In this document: piece after piece, positions 1 to 11,797 of the stretch
Numbering within the stretch: position 1 is the stretch's first letter
Layout: every line of letters begins with the position of its first letter
Assembly (NCBI GenBank): GCA_002269645.1
Contig: NIVC01002447.1
Span: 124,001-188,000, forward strand
Source of the DNA: Macrostomum lignano
Lineage: Eukaryota
Direction of reading: 5' to 3'
Length of the DNA stretch: 64,000 nt
The notes under the pieces: model-generated
Told to the model about the DNA's origin: nothing
The model's input: the letters and a program-made list of their open reading frames with translations, nothing else
Databases searched by the model: none
Program-made: the position numbers and the translations under genes

Positions 1-225
1 GCTCTGGAAGCAGCGCCTGCTCTGATGACGATGCCTGAAGGTCGCGGCTACATTGAGGTCGTCAACACCGCCGACAGCGAGGTGTTCCTGCAAGCCGGTA
101 TCTGTGTTGGTGTTGCGACGCCGTTCCGAACTGCCGACCTAATGTATCTGAGCGAGACGCCTGAACCCGAAGTGCGACATCTCCCAAATACCTCTGAAGA
201 GTCCAGCACAGCATGGCTTGAATAA
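1..225 (+). pseudogene. Fragment of Gypsy-type pol (protease-RT spacer region)
   Basis: GYIEVVNTADSEVFLQAGICVGVA resembles LPVQIFNPNTETVHLRQGMCIGHL in the Gypsy pol at 62.6-62.7 kb; truncated by window start. Confidence 0.4.
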
Positions 226-239
226 ATATGGAAAAAACC

Positions 240-660
240 TAAACTATTTGATAGTTCCAATAACAAGAATAAAGAATGCAGCATATAAATTGGATTTCAG
301 TTCTAAAACATTGGAAGACCATGTTGCAATTAAGTGGGGGAATTATACCAGTGGCGTTGTGTTTTTAAATGGATCTAGGTTTTAGGAACCATCATTTACA
401 CTGTCTGAAGAAGCAGGATAAAACAGGAGCAAATAGAAAGATTTACTCATTTCTCAACGCTTTTGAGAAGTTTCGATCAACATTTTTGAAATATTTCAAG
501 ATAGATTCTGCGTATTGCTTTTCCCTTTCTGGATTATCCTGGGCATGTGGGTTGAAATATACTAATGTGGAATTGCAATTACTTGGTGATAAAGAAATGA
601 TATCCATGATAGAAAGTGGCATTCGTGGCGGTTTCTAGGAAGTTCTTGGAGATCGATATA
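240..660 (+). pseudogene. Protein-primed DNA polymerase B, central fragment
   Basis: AFEKFRSTFLKYFKIDSAYCFSLSGLSWACGLKYTNVELQLLGDKEMISMIESGIRGG matches the Polinton pPolB F..FR...L..Y.LD.A....PGLSW...LK.T.V.LELL.D..M...IE.GIRGG motif; stops upstream and downstream. Confidence 0.85.
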
Positions 661-690
661 AAAAATGAATAACAAGTATTTAAAAAATTG

Positions 691-841
691 CAAGCTGTTG
701 AAACCCGCGGAATTTGAACCCGGGGAATTCCAATCCCCGAAACTATTTTTGCATGTATTCTGAAATCCGAGCCCATACTGAAACGAAAACTTGTTAATAG
801 TTAGTTAGTAGGATAAAGGTAAACAAAATGGAGTACATTCG
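691..841 (+). repeat. Dispersed repeat, copy 1 (copy 2 at 24048-24197); resembles the 5' end of a non-autonomous Helitron-like element
   Basis: caagctgttgaaacccgcgga.tttgaacccggggaattccaatcccc...tagttagtaggata.aggta.ac..aaaatggag.acattcg is shared between both sites; internal hairpin cggggaattccaatccccg. Confidence 0.7.
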
Positions 842-1100
842 CAGTTGTAGTTGACAACTACAGGGTTGTACCTTGTAGAGTGCAGACGTAAGTTCTAAAA
901 ATAAAACCCATGCCATGCATTCCACACATGCTTTACTTTTCGCATTGGTCTCTCTTTCCGCTTTGGCAACCCCAATCAACCATTAATAGAAAATTCTGCC
1001 TATAAATAGAAAATCTGCGGGTTCCCTTCTAGAAGGGAATATTCTAGAATATCCCAGAATATTCCATGGATTTCCGAGTACTACCGTATACCACAAAAGG

Positions 1101-1108
1101 TATATAAA
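1101..1108 (+). promoter_or_regulatory. TATA box of HTH-like paralogue 1
   Basis: ggTATATAAAcagccgattc, conserved at 7421 (ggTATATAAAtagccgattc); 120 nt upstream of ATG 1221. Confidence 0.55.
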
Positions 1109-1220
1109 CAGCCGATTCACACCGCACCTCGCCCCGCCTTACCCTGCCCGCTCCGCCTCGTCACCCGACAGTCATATATATATAATATATATATTATCAT
1201 ATTATTTAGATTTGCTTATT

Positions 1221-2065
1221 ATGGCTTCCAGAATACTTACTCTAATTAAAAGCATCAATAGTAAAGACCCGTCTAGCACAGAAATCACTATATCGAATGT
1301 TGCGGAAAATGAGAAAGTGTCCTTGATGAAAGCTCTAGAGCAAATAGACAAGTCGTCAGCAAAGAAAGAAAAAACTGGTAGCGATAGAAATTCTGACAAA
1401 GAGAAAGAACGCCGCGAAGTTCGCTTCATCGCTCGATTAAAGGAGAAGATTAGTAACATACACGTACAAAATGAAGAAATTATCATCAGAACTCGCTAAG
1501 ACTTTTTGCTTATTATTTTTACTATCTTAACTTTAACTTTATCTTAATCTTAACTTTGTGAAACCGATCAAAATTAGTTGAGGCTTTCATGCAGTCTGTT
1601 GAGGGTTTTGAGAATAGCTAGAGACAAACCTATTGACCTTATTCACATTATGATTCCATATTATTCTCTTTAGATTTGGAAACGCGAGAAATATGTGTCT
1701 TGGCCCTGTCCAAGCTGACGAGGGCAGTATGCATCTTCAATTTAACGCGTTAGAATAATTCGTTGCCGACCTTTAAGTGCTTGCCTGTTTGGCTAGGAAA
1801 AAGCAAGCTGAAGTGTTGACGGTGATAAAATATCATCTTGGGCTTTCCACCGAAGAAACTGCCAGGCGTCTCGGCATTCCAACCAAGATCAGGCAGCGCT
1901 TGTTCACATTTCATTCGCTGATGATGAAGTACCCGAACATTGTTTTCTCGGGGTACAGCTTTGAGAAGCTCCTCACCTTCAAAAGAACGATTGAGCAAGA
2001 AGCCCAAGAAGACGAGGATTTCGGGTGCCAATTAGAGACCGGGTTCAGCATTGTGTTCGAGGATG
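1221..2065 (+). pseudogene. Polinton-associated HTH-like gene, paralogue 1 (probably two exons)
   Basis: Part 1 MASRILTLIKS...ERREVRFIARLKEKISNI; donor mutated to ctaag where copy 2 has gtaag. Part 2 QAEVLTVIKYHLGLSTEETARRLGIP (HTH-like) followed by YPNIVFSGYSFEKLL; in-frame stops present. Confidence 0.6.
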
Positions 2066-2738
2066 AGCCAACATTCAAAGAACTCCATATCTTTAATAGC
2101 TACTTAGGTGTGAATATATTTTACAAAACCAAGGTAACGCTGCGCAAGCCGATCTATACAGGTGTCACTGTTCTCGACGAATCAAAACGTCTGATGTACC
2201 AGTTCTTCTATGGCATGAAGTAGCAGTACAAGGATAAAATGAAACTCTTGTACACTGACAGACAGCTTTATTATGGACATTTAAACAGAAGACCTTTATC
2301 AGGACATGCTACAGTAAAAAGATTTGTTTGACTTGTCCGAGTATGAGGAATCTTGCAGGACACAGAATGGCGATCAAGTGTTTGACGCCACTAACAAGAA
2401 AGTGATTGGGAAAATGAAGGACGAGATTGCTGGTGACATAATCACTGAATTCATTGGGTTGAGAGCAAAGTCCTATTTTGTAAAATGTGAGTCGTCAGAC
2501 CCAATTAAAAAATCAAAGGGAATTCCGAAACGCGTGGTTAGGAAATTAATAAAGCTGAATACAGAGACGCGTTGAATTGCAACTAAAAGACATCTCATGA
2601 GTTTTCAAAGCTACAATCGAAAAACCATATTATTCACACAATTCAGCAAAAAAAGATTGGACTGTCAGGTGCAGATAACAAGATATTTATTTTAGATGAC
2701 AATATAACAGTTTACCGCTCGGGCACTGGAGATTAGGT
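2066..2738 (+). pseudogene. Protein-primed DNA polymerase B, C-terminal fragment
   Basis: PTFKELHIF...KTKVTLRKPIYTGVTVLDESKRLMYQFFY, LLYTDTD, NKKVIGKMKDE, EFIGLRAKSY, KKSKGIPK motifs; stops and frameshifts. Confidence 0.9.
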
Positions 2739-2817
2739 TTAGGAGGTGGAGATTGGGTTTAGGAGGTGGAGGTTAAGAGAAAGTTTAATAAATATTTAAA
2801 TACCCGCCTCATAAAAA

Positions 2818-3219
2818 ATGACGACAAATAACTTTCTTGAAGATTTGGCTAACGAACTGGAAATCCCAAACTTTAGAGGAATATTTATGAGGGACACTCT
2901 GCCTGATTTTCCTCTAAGAAAGGAATGCGGCATCATGAACTTTGACACCACCGATAAGCCAGGATCTCATTGGGTTTGCTGGGTGATTGATCCCGATCGC
3001 AAGCACAAGTGTTATTACTTTGATAGCTATGGGACGGCAGTACCAGAAGAGCTAAGAAATTATAGGAAGGGGAAAAATAATATAAAAATTTACCACTCAG
3101 ACTTTATTCTCCAAGGTCTTAGCAGTGATATTTGCGGTGAGCTGTGCATGACTGTTTTGTATGCAATGACCAAAACACGAAAGACCTACAAGGAAATTAT
3201 TCTTGGCTGTGTTTCATAA
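2818..3219 (+). CDS. Adenain-like cysteine protease (Polinton/adintovirus maturation protease)
   Basis: Intact 133 aa ORF: FRGIFMRDTLP, ECGIMNFD..DKPGSHWVC (His), YFDSYG (Asp), Q...SDICG (Gln/Cys). Confidence 0.9.
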   Translation: MTTNNFLEDLANELEIPNFRGIFMRDTLPDFPLRKECGIMNFDTTDKPGSHWVCWVIDPDRKHKCYYFDSYGTAVPEELRNYRKGKNNIKIYHSDFILQGLSSDICGELCMTVLYAMTKTRKTYKEIILGCVS

Positions 3220-3289
3220 GGGTTCATTGTGCATTTCTCGTCGTCCTTCTTACCGAATTTCTTGCCGAATTTCTTTCCGCATAATGTTG

Positions 3290-3800
3290 AAAAACTTTCT
3301 CGAGTTCATTTCTCAGCTGACTCATGTCATCAGTACCGACCATGTTCAAGTTCATTCGAATTGATCATAAAGAACCTGAATGGTTTGGAACTCATCCTCT
3401 GAAATGAACTTATCCTCGATTGCCCTTGAAATGTACCCTATGATTGAAGTGTGCACCCCTTTCTCTTTTACTTGCTTCTCCTGTAGCTGCTTTAGTTTTT
3501 TTCGTCTGTTTCGCGCTAATGCTCCAGTAATTGCTGAAATTCCAGTCCACATGCAGAACCCACAGAGCCGAGCGGGATTGCGATTGGGGCTGTGATGACT
3601 GGCAACGTTGAGACAGCTGCAGCAGATCCAGATAGAACAGACACAGATCCTAGAATCATATTGCTGTAGTCGAAAAATTTACAGTGGCTATTATAGCGTT
3701 TGATTTTCTTTGTGTTGTGGAAAAAATTTTTTTGTCATCTCGCATTTTTTTAATTTTCACCAATCGAAACTGCTGAGAATTACATGTGATAACACGGTAG
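3290..3800 (-). pseudogene. Adintovirus-type membrane protein (gasderminX-like), frameshifted
   Basis: QQFRLVKIKKMRD at the N-terminus, a hydrophobic Gly/Ala/Ser segment (GSVSVLSGSAAAVSTLPVITAPIAIPLGSVG), a basic cluster, then ISRAIEDKFISEDEF. This matches from memory the QQFRLNKINEIKD...ISEALINNEISHEDF family found beside Polinton genes. Confidence 0.6.
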
Positions 3801-3976
3801 TTTTTGTTGCTCATATTGGGGTGCACTAGGTGCTGTGGGAGCATTCGGATCATAAAGAGAATTTTGAGCATCTATTTAAAAAATCGACAACTAGTTGGTG
3901 GAGGTTAAATTTGTTTTACGCTCGTACGTTTAATTGCTTTTTCTGCAGTGACGGCAACAGGTCTCTTCAAATCTGC

Positions 3977-4216
3977 CTATTCATTGTCTATGAGCTCTAT
4001 TCTACGCCTGATCTTAAACAAGTCGGTTGGATCACTTATTACCCTTGTGGTCTGTGGTGCCTCTTCAGCGTCAATGTTTTTGAGCTTATGCAAGCGTTCA
4101 AGCTGACTGATTCTTCTCAACGATTTCTGCCTTTCGGTAAAAATTGCATTAATTCTTTCTTTGATTCGATCATGCAACGCTGTTGACTGGTTCATGAACT
4201 CTTCTAAATTCCTCAC
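3977..4216 (-). CDS. Small coiled-coil ORF, unknown; probably part of a longer decayed ORF (about 3830-4400)
   Basis: 79 aa charged helical ORF within the Polinton region. Confidence 0.25.
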   Translation of the reverse strand: MRNLEEFMNQSTALHDRIKERINAIFTERQKSLRRISQLERLHKLKNIDAEEAPQTTRVISDPTDLFKIRRRIELIDNE

Positions 4217-5507
4217 TTTAACTGTGTTTGTGAAACACTTCCTTCAAGAATATGCATCCAGCTTTCAGTGGCATTTCTCAGAAGATTAACTGACGATGTT
4301 AAATTTGTTCTTAAGCCGTTGATTTGCGAGACTACTGAAGTTATTTCTGACCTAAGTTGCGTGTCGCACCAAATCGCACCAAAATAAATAACTGTAGACC
4401 TATTGCATGCTAAACCATTTTCTTTTCTTTTACATCTTTAAAGTAAATAAAATATTTGGTTTTTGGTTGGTCTTTTTTCTTTAATCATTAAATACTAGGA
4501 TTAGAGAAATCAGGAGCCTGGTGGCTCCAATCTACTAAACTCAAGCCAGATAAAATCCACTAAGCATAACAATAACAAACCATTAGCCTAAAACGCAGGA
4601 CACACGCACTTTGTTCAGACTTTAGCAGATACATTTTTCTTTGTAGCTTCTCTATTTTGGTTGCCAGTGGGAGCTTTTATACTTTCGATATCAAATTAAA
4701 GTCGAAAATAATTCGATTCGACTGCTTTATGGTTCTTTAATCTTTGTGAACTTCGTATTTATAATATGCAGGATACTCTTTTGGTCTTTCCGTATCTGCT
4801 TTTATGTACAAATAATCGTCTTCTTTTACTTTATATATAGACCACTAATAATGATGAAAATTCATGTTAGCGGAAATGAGTCACGCGTGGAAGTTCATAC
4901 CGAAATATGAATCAGCAGTTGTTTTCCGTGCTTCGATCTCGTCCGAACTCGTCAGGATCAATTGGCACTACAGCCCGAGGCAGACTCCAAATTTCAGTCT
5001 ACTTCAAGTATGTATGTCAATCAACCAATCGAGGCTGAGGGACTAAACCATCGAGCAACTGATGTCAGTGACTTTAAAGACGGGCTCTCAGGTCTTGAGA
5101 AAAAGATGCTAATTGGGTGCGAAAAGGAGAACGAGAAAATATGGGGAAATGTGATAATTAGGTGCGAAAAGAGAAAACAATAAAAAACGAGAACAATAGG
5201 TGAGGAGCAGGGGTGGGTGCCGCATGAGAAATCTTGAGATCTTGAGAAGAGACAGGGTGGTTTGGAACTAGAGAATTTTGGAACTAAAAAACTAGAGGAA
5301 CGAACGAACGGTTTTGTCCCGCCTTTGCCCTTGTCTCAACGACCCCAATGTGAGGTCGAAAAAGGGACCAAAAGCCCTGGGTCCCGACATCTCTCAGTCG
5401 ATGAAATATGTCGGTGGCAAAGCAGTAAGTTGCATTTTTTATAAACTGACTGATCCTTTATTTAGAGTTAACAATTTATAATAGAAATACAAGTTCTGTC
5501 TAATGTC

Positions 5508-5515
5508 TATATAAA
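5508..5515 (+). promoter_or_regulatory. TATA box of HTH-like paralogue 3
   Basis: cTATATAAAaggcc, 78 nt upstream of ATG 5586. Confidence 0.5.
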
Positions 5516-5585
5516 AGGCCTTTATTGGAGTCCGTAGAATCGCGTAGATAGATATCTTAAAAACCTAATAAAAGTAGATATTGAT

Positions 5586-6231
5586 ATGGGATCTCCACAA
5601 ATGGTCTCCACAAAAAGGAAGATAGCGAGCGAGCGAGAGAGACTTATTGCAAGGATATACCCGAAGCTGGAAGAGAATGAGAGTCGCGGTGTAAAGTTGT
5701 CTCTAGGTGCAATTTCCGAAGGTCTCAACTTGGTCGCCATGAATTTGAATGGAACGATAAAGGTAAACTTGAAAGCGAGGTTTAAGAAACTGACCTATAC
5801 TATCGAGAACCTGTCAACTGCGAAGGCCATGATGCAGTTTGAGCAGGGGCGCTTATTTCAAGTTTTGGTCTACAAGCACAGAATGAATGTGGAAGAGCTC
5901 GCCACCACTTTCAATATTAGCAAGCGAAACAGTGAGAGACTACGACAAATTTTACTCTCTCTGTATCATGTACCCAGGTCTAATATTTTCAAGTTACACA
6001 ATGGGAACCCTGCTTCGCTACAAATCAGTGATTGAAGAGAAGGCAAAAATCGATGAACGCTTTGCTGACATATTGAAGATGCAAATCGAGGGTATTTCCC
6101 TGGATGGACAATATGAGAAGGATGTCGAGTGTTGGTATGAAGAAAGTAAGTACATAACATTTTTGTTACAAATTCTGAAAGAAAACTTGTACAAACAAAC
6201 AAAACAAGTCAAACAAACAAAAAAAATTTAG
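5586..6231 (+). pseudogene. Polinton-associated HTH-like gene, paralogue 3 (one frameshift near 5970)
   Basis: QGRLFQVLVYKHRMNVEELATTFNIS aligns to paralogue 1 QAEVLTVIKYHLGLSTEETARRLGIP; YPGLIFSSYTMGTLLRYKSVIEEKAKIDERF aligns to YPNIVFSGYSFEKLLTFKRTIEQEAQEDEDF. Confidence 0.6.
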
Positions 6232-7189
6232 GCATAGAAGAAGACGAAGTACTGACTTTTGAATGACTATTATCTATGCTAAATAGTGCTGGCTTTTTTC
6301 TTCACATTATTCAGCGCATTCTGTGCTAGAATACTCGTACTATATTCTTATTTGTACTGGCAAGTTTATTTCATCTACAGTAGTCTTTTAAGCTGTATCT
6401 ATTGGTTGAAGCAAATATATCTTTCAAAAGTAAAATGCATGAAGGGGCCTTTGGGACAATTTTTTAACGTCCTCCATAATCCCATTAAATCCATTCATAT
6501 TATACCCGACAGAATCAGAAAAAAGGGGGTCGCACTGGCTCCGAAAACTTCGAACATAATCCCACTAAATCCATCCATTTTATCCCCGACAGAATCAGAA
6601 AAAAAGCGGGTCTTTCTCTAAAAATGTTTCCAGTTTGTAATGACTCGAGAACGACGTCTTGATTCGCTATACACTGGGAATTGGCTCCGGAGTGGCAGAC
6701 AGGAATAAGAGATGTAAACCAGACCGTATCGTCTAGCTTTGCCATATATTTGTGGGCTCCTGGGCCCCAACATAGCCAGGCGCGCTGTGGCACGATGCAT
6801 GGAACACGCGTACGAATGGTGCATACGTAGCATGGGGGAAGTATTCAGAAGGGGTGACTCCGGTGAGTCAGTGAGGGGAACAAACAGAGTGCAAACAAAC
6901 ATAGTCAGTGGGAGCGGCAGACCATATGGCCAGGGCTGCGGAGCGATCCCCAGCCCAGGCCATCACACAGTTGTCTCTCCAGGTTCTTATTATACTTAGC
7001 CTTATCCATTGTACAAATCCAAGTACCAGTGCAAGAAGGAATGCACTCTCTACATGCAAAAGTTCAGGCCTGGTGTTGATAATAACGTTCAAATTATTAA
7101 TCAAGCACTTAAATCTCACTGGTTTGAAAAACACAGAGTAGTCATTAACGATTTTGACAGCTATTATAACTTTGCTGAAGTTATAAGGC

Positions 7190-8374
7190 AGTTGTAGTAG
7201 CCAACTACAAGGTTGTACCCAGAAGCTACAAAAAAATCCATTTTTGCAACCGATCACGGAAATTAGTCCCTCAGCTTTGGTCTCTCTTTCTGCTTTGGCA
7301 ACCCCAATCAACCATTAATAGAATATACTGCCTATAAGTAGAAAATCTGCGAGTTTCCCTTATTCTAGAATATTCGAGAATAAAAAGAGAACCCATGGAT
7401 TTCCGAGCCCATACCAAAGGTATATAAATAGCCGATTCGCACCGTCCCTCTCCTCACCCCACCCCGGGTCGCTCCGATTCTTGTTATGGCTTCCAAGACT
7501 CCGAGTCTAATTCTTAACACAATCAAGAGCATTAGCACCAAGGAAACGGCCAGCGCAGCAATTGCCATCTCAGCAATATTTGAGAATAAACAAGCCACCT
7601 TATTGAAGAGCCTTTAAAAGGTTGAAGGGCAATCTTCAAAAAAAAGAAAAAACTTAGGAGGCCAAGCGCGTTGATATCGAGAACGAACGATGTGACGTAC
7701 GTTTTATAGCTCGGTTAAAGGAAACCATAAGCAACATAAGGAATGAGGAAATCGTAATCTAGACAGGGTAAGTCTTTTGCTTATTATTTTTACTAGCTTG
7801 TTAGTGAAACATATTGACAAAAGTTCTCATAATTCTTGACTTAGTGATTTAAATGTGATTATAGATAGATTTGACAGACATAAGAGATTTATGCAAGCAA
7901 ACCTTTGACCTCATTATGATTGCATATTATTTGTATTTTGATTTAATGATGTTAAAGAGCTGTGCATGTGCATAGCCGATGTGCCAGACGGCAAAGAAAG
8001 CATGCGCTTGCAATATAGCACGCTGGACTTCTTTACCGCAGATGTTGAAGTTCTGGGATGTCTAGCGAAGAAAAAACAGGCGGGGGTTTTTGCCAATTAC
8101 AAGTAAAAATTTGGTCTAACGACCAAATAGACTGCTAAATTTGGTCAGCGGCTGTTTAAATTTCATGGTTCAATTAGCAAGTTTCCCAAACATCCTGTTC
8201 TCTGGCTATAGCATGGAGACGTTGCTTACACTCAAGATTAATGAGAAAGAAGCCCTGAACGACGAGAACTTCCGGTGCAAGCTAGAAACAGACTTCACTA
8301 TAGTCTGGGAAGATGACGAAGACGAAGAAAGCCTTCGGACAATGGAAAAATGGAGACAGCTATTAAAACAGTGA
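7190..8374 (+). pseudogene. Diverged duplicate of the 840-2065 cassette, including HTH-like paralogue 2 (ATG 7486)
   Basis: Nucleotide match to 840-1110 (ctttggcaaccccaatcaaccattaataga); MASK...ERCDVRFIARLKETISNI; gtaagt donor near 7768; GCLAKKKQ; FPNILFSGYSMETLL...CKLETDFTIVWED. Confidence 0.7.
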
Positions 8375-10234
8375 AGAGAAGGAAAATGACAGATAATTAA
8401 AGACACTGTCTAAAAATTTATAAACTAACAAATGTTAAAAACAAATTCTGGACATCCAGAATTGGATGTAGTTTAGATTCAAGCCTACTATAAGTAACAA
8501 ATGTTTAAAAACAATTCTGAACATCCAGAATTACATATAGTTAAACAAAAACCTTAGCAATAGTTATTAATCATCCAGCTATTAACTTTTCAGTTTATAA
8601 CTTAAAAATGTACGTATTGTTATTAATAATGAAAATAATATATCATAATTAAAAGTTCAGAAACTTCAAAAGCTCTACTACAGCAACAAAGGATTCTTTG
8701 TAGGAAAAACTGCAGTCACCAAACTTGCAGAACTAAGTAATGAATCAAAACAACAGTTAAAAGATGGCTCTCCAAGCAAGCAGTCTACCAAATCTATTTC
8801 CCACCTGTTCAATTCACAAGATCCCACTTTAACATCAATAGAATCTGAAATGGCACAATTTCAATTTCAATATTTACTAATCTGAAATCCCTATTTTCAC
8901 TATATACTATTATATTGTATTGTATTGTATTATTCTATTATATTGTATATAGGGGTCACAATACTGGTATATTGATTTACCCAGTAGTGGTTAAATAGTT
9001 AATGGTTAATTTAGCCTTATTCAATATTTACAGCTTTCTGAAAATTTAAATACCAGTATTTTGCATTGAAATACCAATATTGGCATTGTCAGTGCCATGC
9101 ATCTAGTTTTGAAGTGAAAAGTATAAAAAATACTAATTTATTAAGTTTTTATTGTAAAGTTTATAATTGTAAAATAATCAAATAATAGTCATAGTCTACA
9201 GATGTATAGGCTATGATTATATATAATTACTATATAATTAAGATATATAATTACTGATATAATAATAATAATTAATATATAATAAGTATATAATTACTAT
9301 CTTTAGTATTTTTTAAACTTTCCTCATTTTTCTAGAAGTTTTTGCATCTATGTGCCTTAGGCCAACATGTGTATGACTGGATACGCTTGTTGAGTTCTAG
9401 TTTTAGGTTTTATACTTTATTGATAAGTTGTGTTGACCCTTGTTATCTTTATTTGTATAACTTACAAGCATAAGGCTACGACTATCATTATCTGAATCCA
9501 AAACATTTATCAATTAATGTAGGTATAATTAAAAATATAATATCAATATTTACTGTACTAATTGATATCCAATATTTAACATATATGAGAAGGCTTTTAC
9601 TGTTTTAGTTTTTAGTTTTATTAACCTATTAACCAGTTTTGTTTATTTACCTTATTATAATTAGGTAAATTTTATTTTAGAAATTTTGGATTAATCTAGT
9701 AAAATCTATTTTTGTATCAAACTGTAGTAGGGGGTTTAGTTCAAAGCAGTTTTGCTAAGGCGTTTGCCTTATTATAAAGAATTTATGGAGGCCTTGCTAG
9801 GAGTGGAGCAGGAGCTACTAGAGATTGAGGAGATACCCAGCCCTGTTGCCAAAGCTCGAACACCGGAGGCACCATCACAGGAGCAGGAACCAGCACCCGC
9901 TGCCAAGGAGACTCTGCTGAACGTTGCTGAGCTCTTCCAAGAAGAGTCACTGCAGTTGGAGCAAGCTAAAGAACTGCCTGGCGCGAGCGCCAAAGAATTC
10001 AGGAGAAACACGAAGGCAATTAAAAAGTGGCTACTGCGCACCAGAGAATCTGGCGTTTATGACCCCACGGTACCGCCGAAGTGCTCCTGATTCTTGGCCA
10101 GGGCCACAGCTGCACAAAGGATCCAAAGCTTTGAGATTGCATGCACGTATGCCCTGCAGTACGCAGAGGAAAGAGCAAGAGGGCCAATCTCACCCTATCA
10201 GGTGAGTAACCATCTTATTGCTTTAACGGATCTA

Positions 10235-10318
10235 CAGTTGGGTTCGCGAGGAAAGGCTCAATTCTTGCGAGGGGTCTCGCGAGAATCTGTGTGTAACTCG
10301 TTTGTCATTGGCTGAGCC
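10235..10318 (+). repeat. Left TIR of the Tc1-like element
   Basis: Matches the reverse complement of 15861-15954 through gagaatctgtgtgtaactc and cattggctgagc; contains TCTCGCGAGA at 10275-10284. Confidence 0.9.
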
Positions 10319-10505
10319 ATTAACTGGGGGGAGTAAGATTGAGCGCTGTTTGAGGTGGGTTGTTTGTAGAGGTTGCCCGCTTTTTCGGCGTCCACCTCAA
10401 CAGTTTCTCATAGTTTTTATTGCAAACCCTTTCCATTTTTCCCTATTGAAAATACATTGTCTGACACTAATAAGGAGACTAACAGCAATTTCAGGAAGCT
10501 TGCAA

Positions 10506-11797
10506 ATGGAGATTGGACGTCGCCTGATGGACAAGCAACGTGTTGATCTAATGTCAAAGTTTTACTTAGAGAAAAGAAGTGTAGCTGAAATTAGTAGCGA
10601 AATGCAGGTCTCCCGGCGTGCCATCAGGCGCCATCTTATTCTGTCAAGAACAAAAATTAGCAAGGAGAAATCTCTGCCCCGAAAATGGGGACTTGAACAT
10701 GCTGTGTTCATTGATGCGCTGCTTGACGCCTCTAATGGCCAAGTTTCAGCTCAAGACTTGTGCAATAGGGTGAGATTAAAGTTTGGTTTGCGCCTTTCCA
10801 TCTGCACAATGAAAAGAATTCGGCGACTGTTAGGTTGGGTTTGAACAACAACGCAGTATTGCCAGATGATCAAGTTGAAAAATCAACCCATTCGGCTATT
10901 ATGGAGCGCACTGAAGCTGCAAGAGAACGACAATTTTGAAGATGTCATCTTCACCAACGAATGCAGCGTGGCTATATTCCGCAAGACACATCAGACAGTT
11001 TTTCGTCGGGTCAACTCCTCGCGACCAAAGTTTGCAACTCCGAAGCATTCACTAAAAGTAAGCATTCCCTCTGTTTCGTGCTAATTACATTTCTATTTAC
11101 TTTCACAATCTACTGCATTGATTTGCAGATTTGAAGTCGTAAAACTTGCAACACATTCTCATGCATTTCAGCTCCATGTATGGGCCGGTATAAGCTGCCG
11201 CGGCACTACTCGCCTTGTTATATTTAAAGGAATTATGACCGCCGACTTCTGCGTCGAAGAAATTCTTGCAAAGGCACTTCTGCCGGCCATCAGGGAACAG
11301 TTTCCTAAGCACCACCGAGTATTTGCTGTGAGTAATTAGCTCGTTTGAAAAACAATATGTACATCATTTTAGATACTTTTTTCCATCCCAACCTTATATT
11401 CAGGACAACGATCCTAAACACACAAGTCGCAAGGCGCTTCAATTTATTCGAGAGAACGGCATTGTCTGGTCCAGGACTCCTGCTGAATCACCAGATTTAA
11501 TGTGTCCAATTGAGGTATGTACGAGCGTATGTGCCTTCGGCTTTTTACTTACTGTTTACCAGCTTGCGCTGCTTTAAAAATTTACAAAATTTTTTGTTAG
11601 TGATTGCACTGCGTTTTTCAAACCATTCACAGAACATGTGGAGCCACCTCAAGGATCATCTGGACAAGAAGATCAAGCCAAAGACGGAGCAAGCACTGGC
11701 CGATGGAATTGAAGAGTTCTGGAAGCTACTGACTGTTCAGAAGTGCAACAAATTTATAGATCATATTTTTTCCGTACTGCCCGCTGTCATGTTATAG
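10506..11797 (+). pseudogene. Intron-containing Tc1-like DDE transposase (4 exons: 10506-11057, 11172-about 11327, about 11404-11514, 11633-11797)
   Basis: HTH N-terminus; FTNECS (first catalytic Asp is N); KHSLK|LHVWAGISCRG; DNDPKHTS; PAESPDLMCPIE|NMWSHLKDHL; GT-AG introns 11058-11171 and 11515-11632 are exact, the middle intron is approximate; internal TGA at 10842. Confidence 0.9.

Larger units (their letters stand above)
230..8400. mobile_element. Decayed Polinton/Maverick (adintovirus-like) region
   Basis: pPolB fragments, adenain protease, gasderminX-like ORF and TATA-driven small ORFs are clustered. No capsid, integrase, ATPase or TIR recognised; boundaries approximate. Confidence 0.75.

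Noticed and set aside
6440-7197. Several short ORFs in the Polinton region
   Set aside because: No recognisable motif; probably a decayed viral ORF but cannot be named
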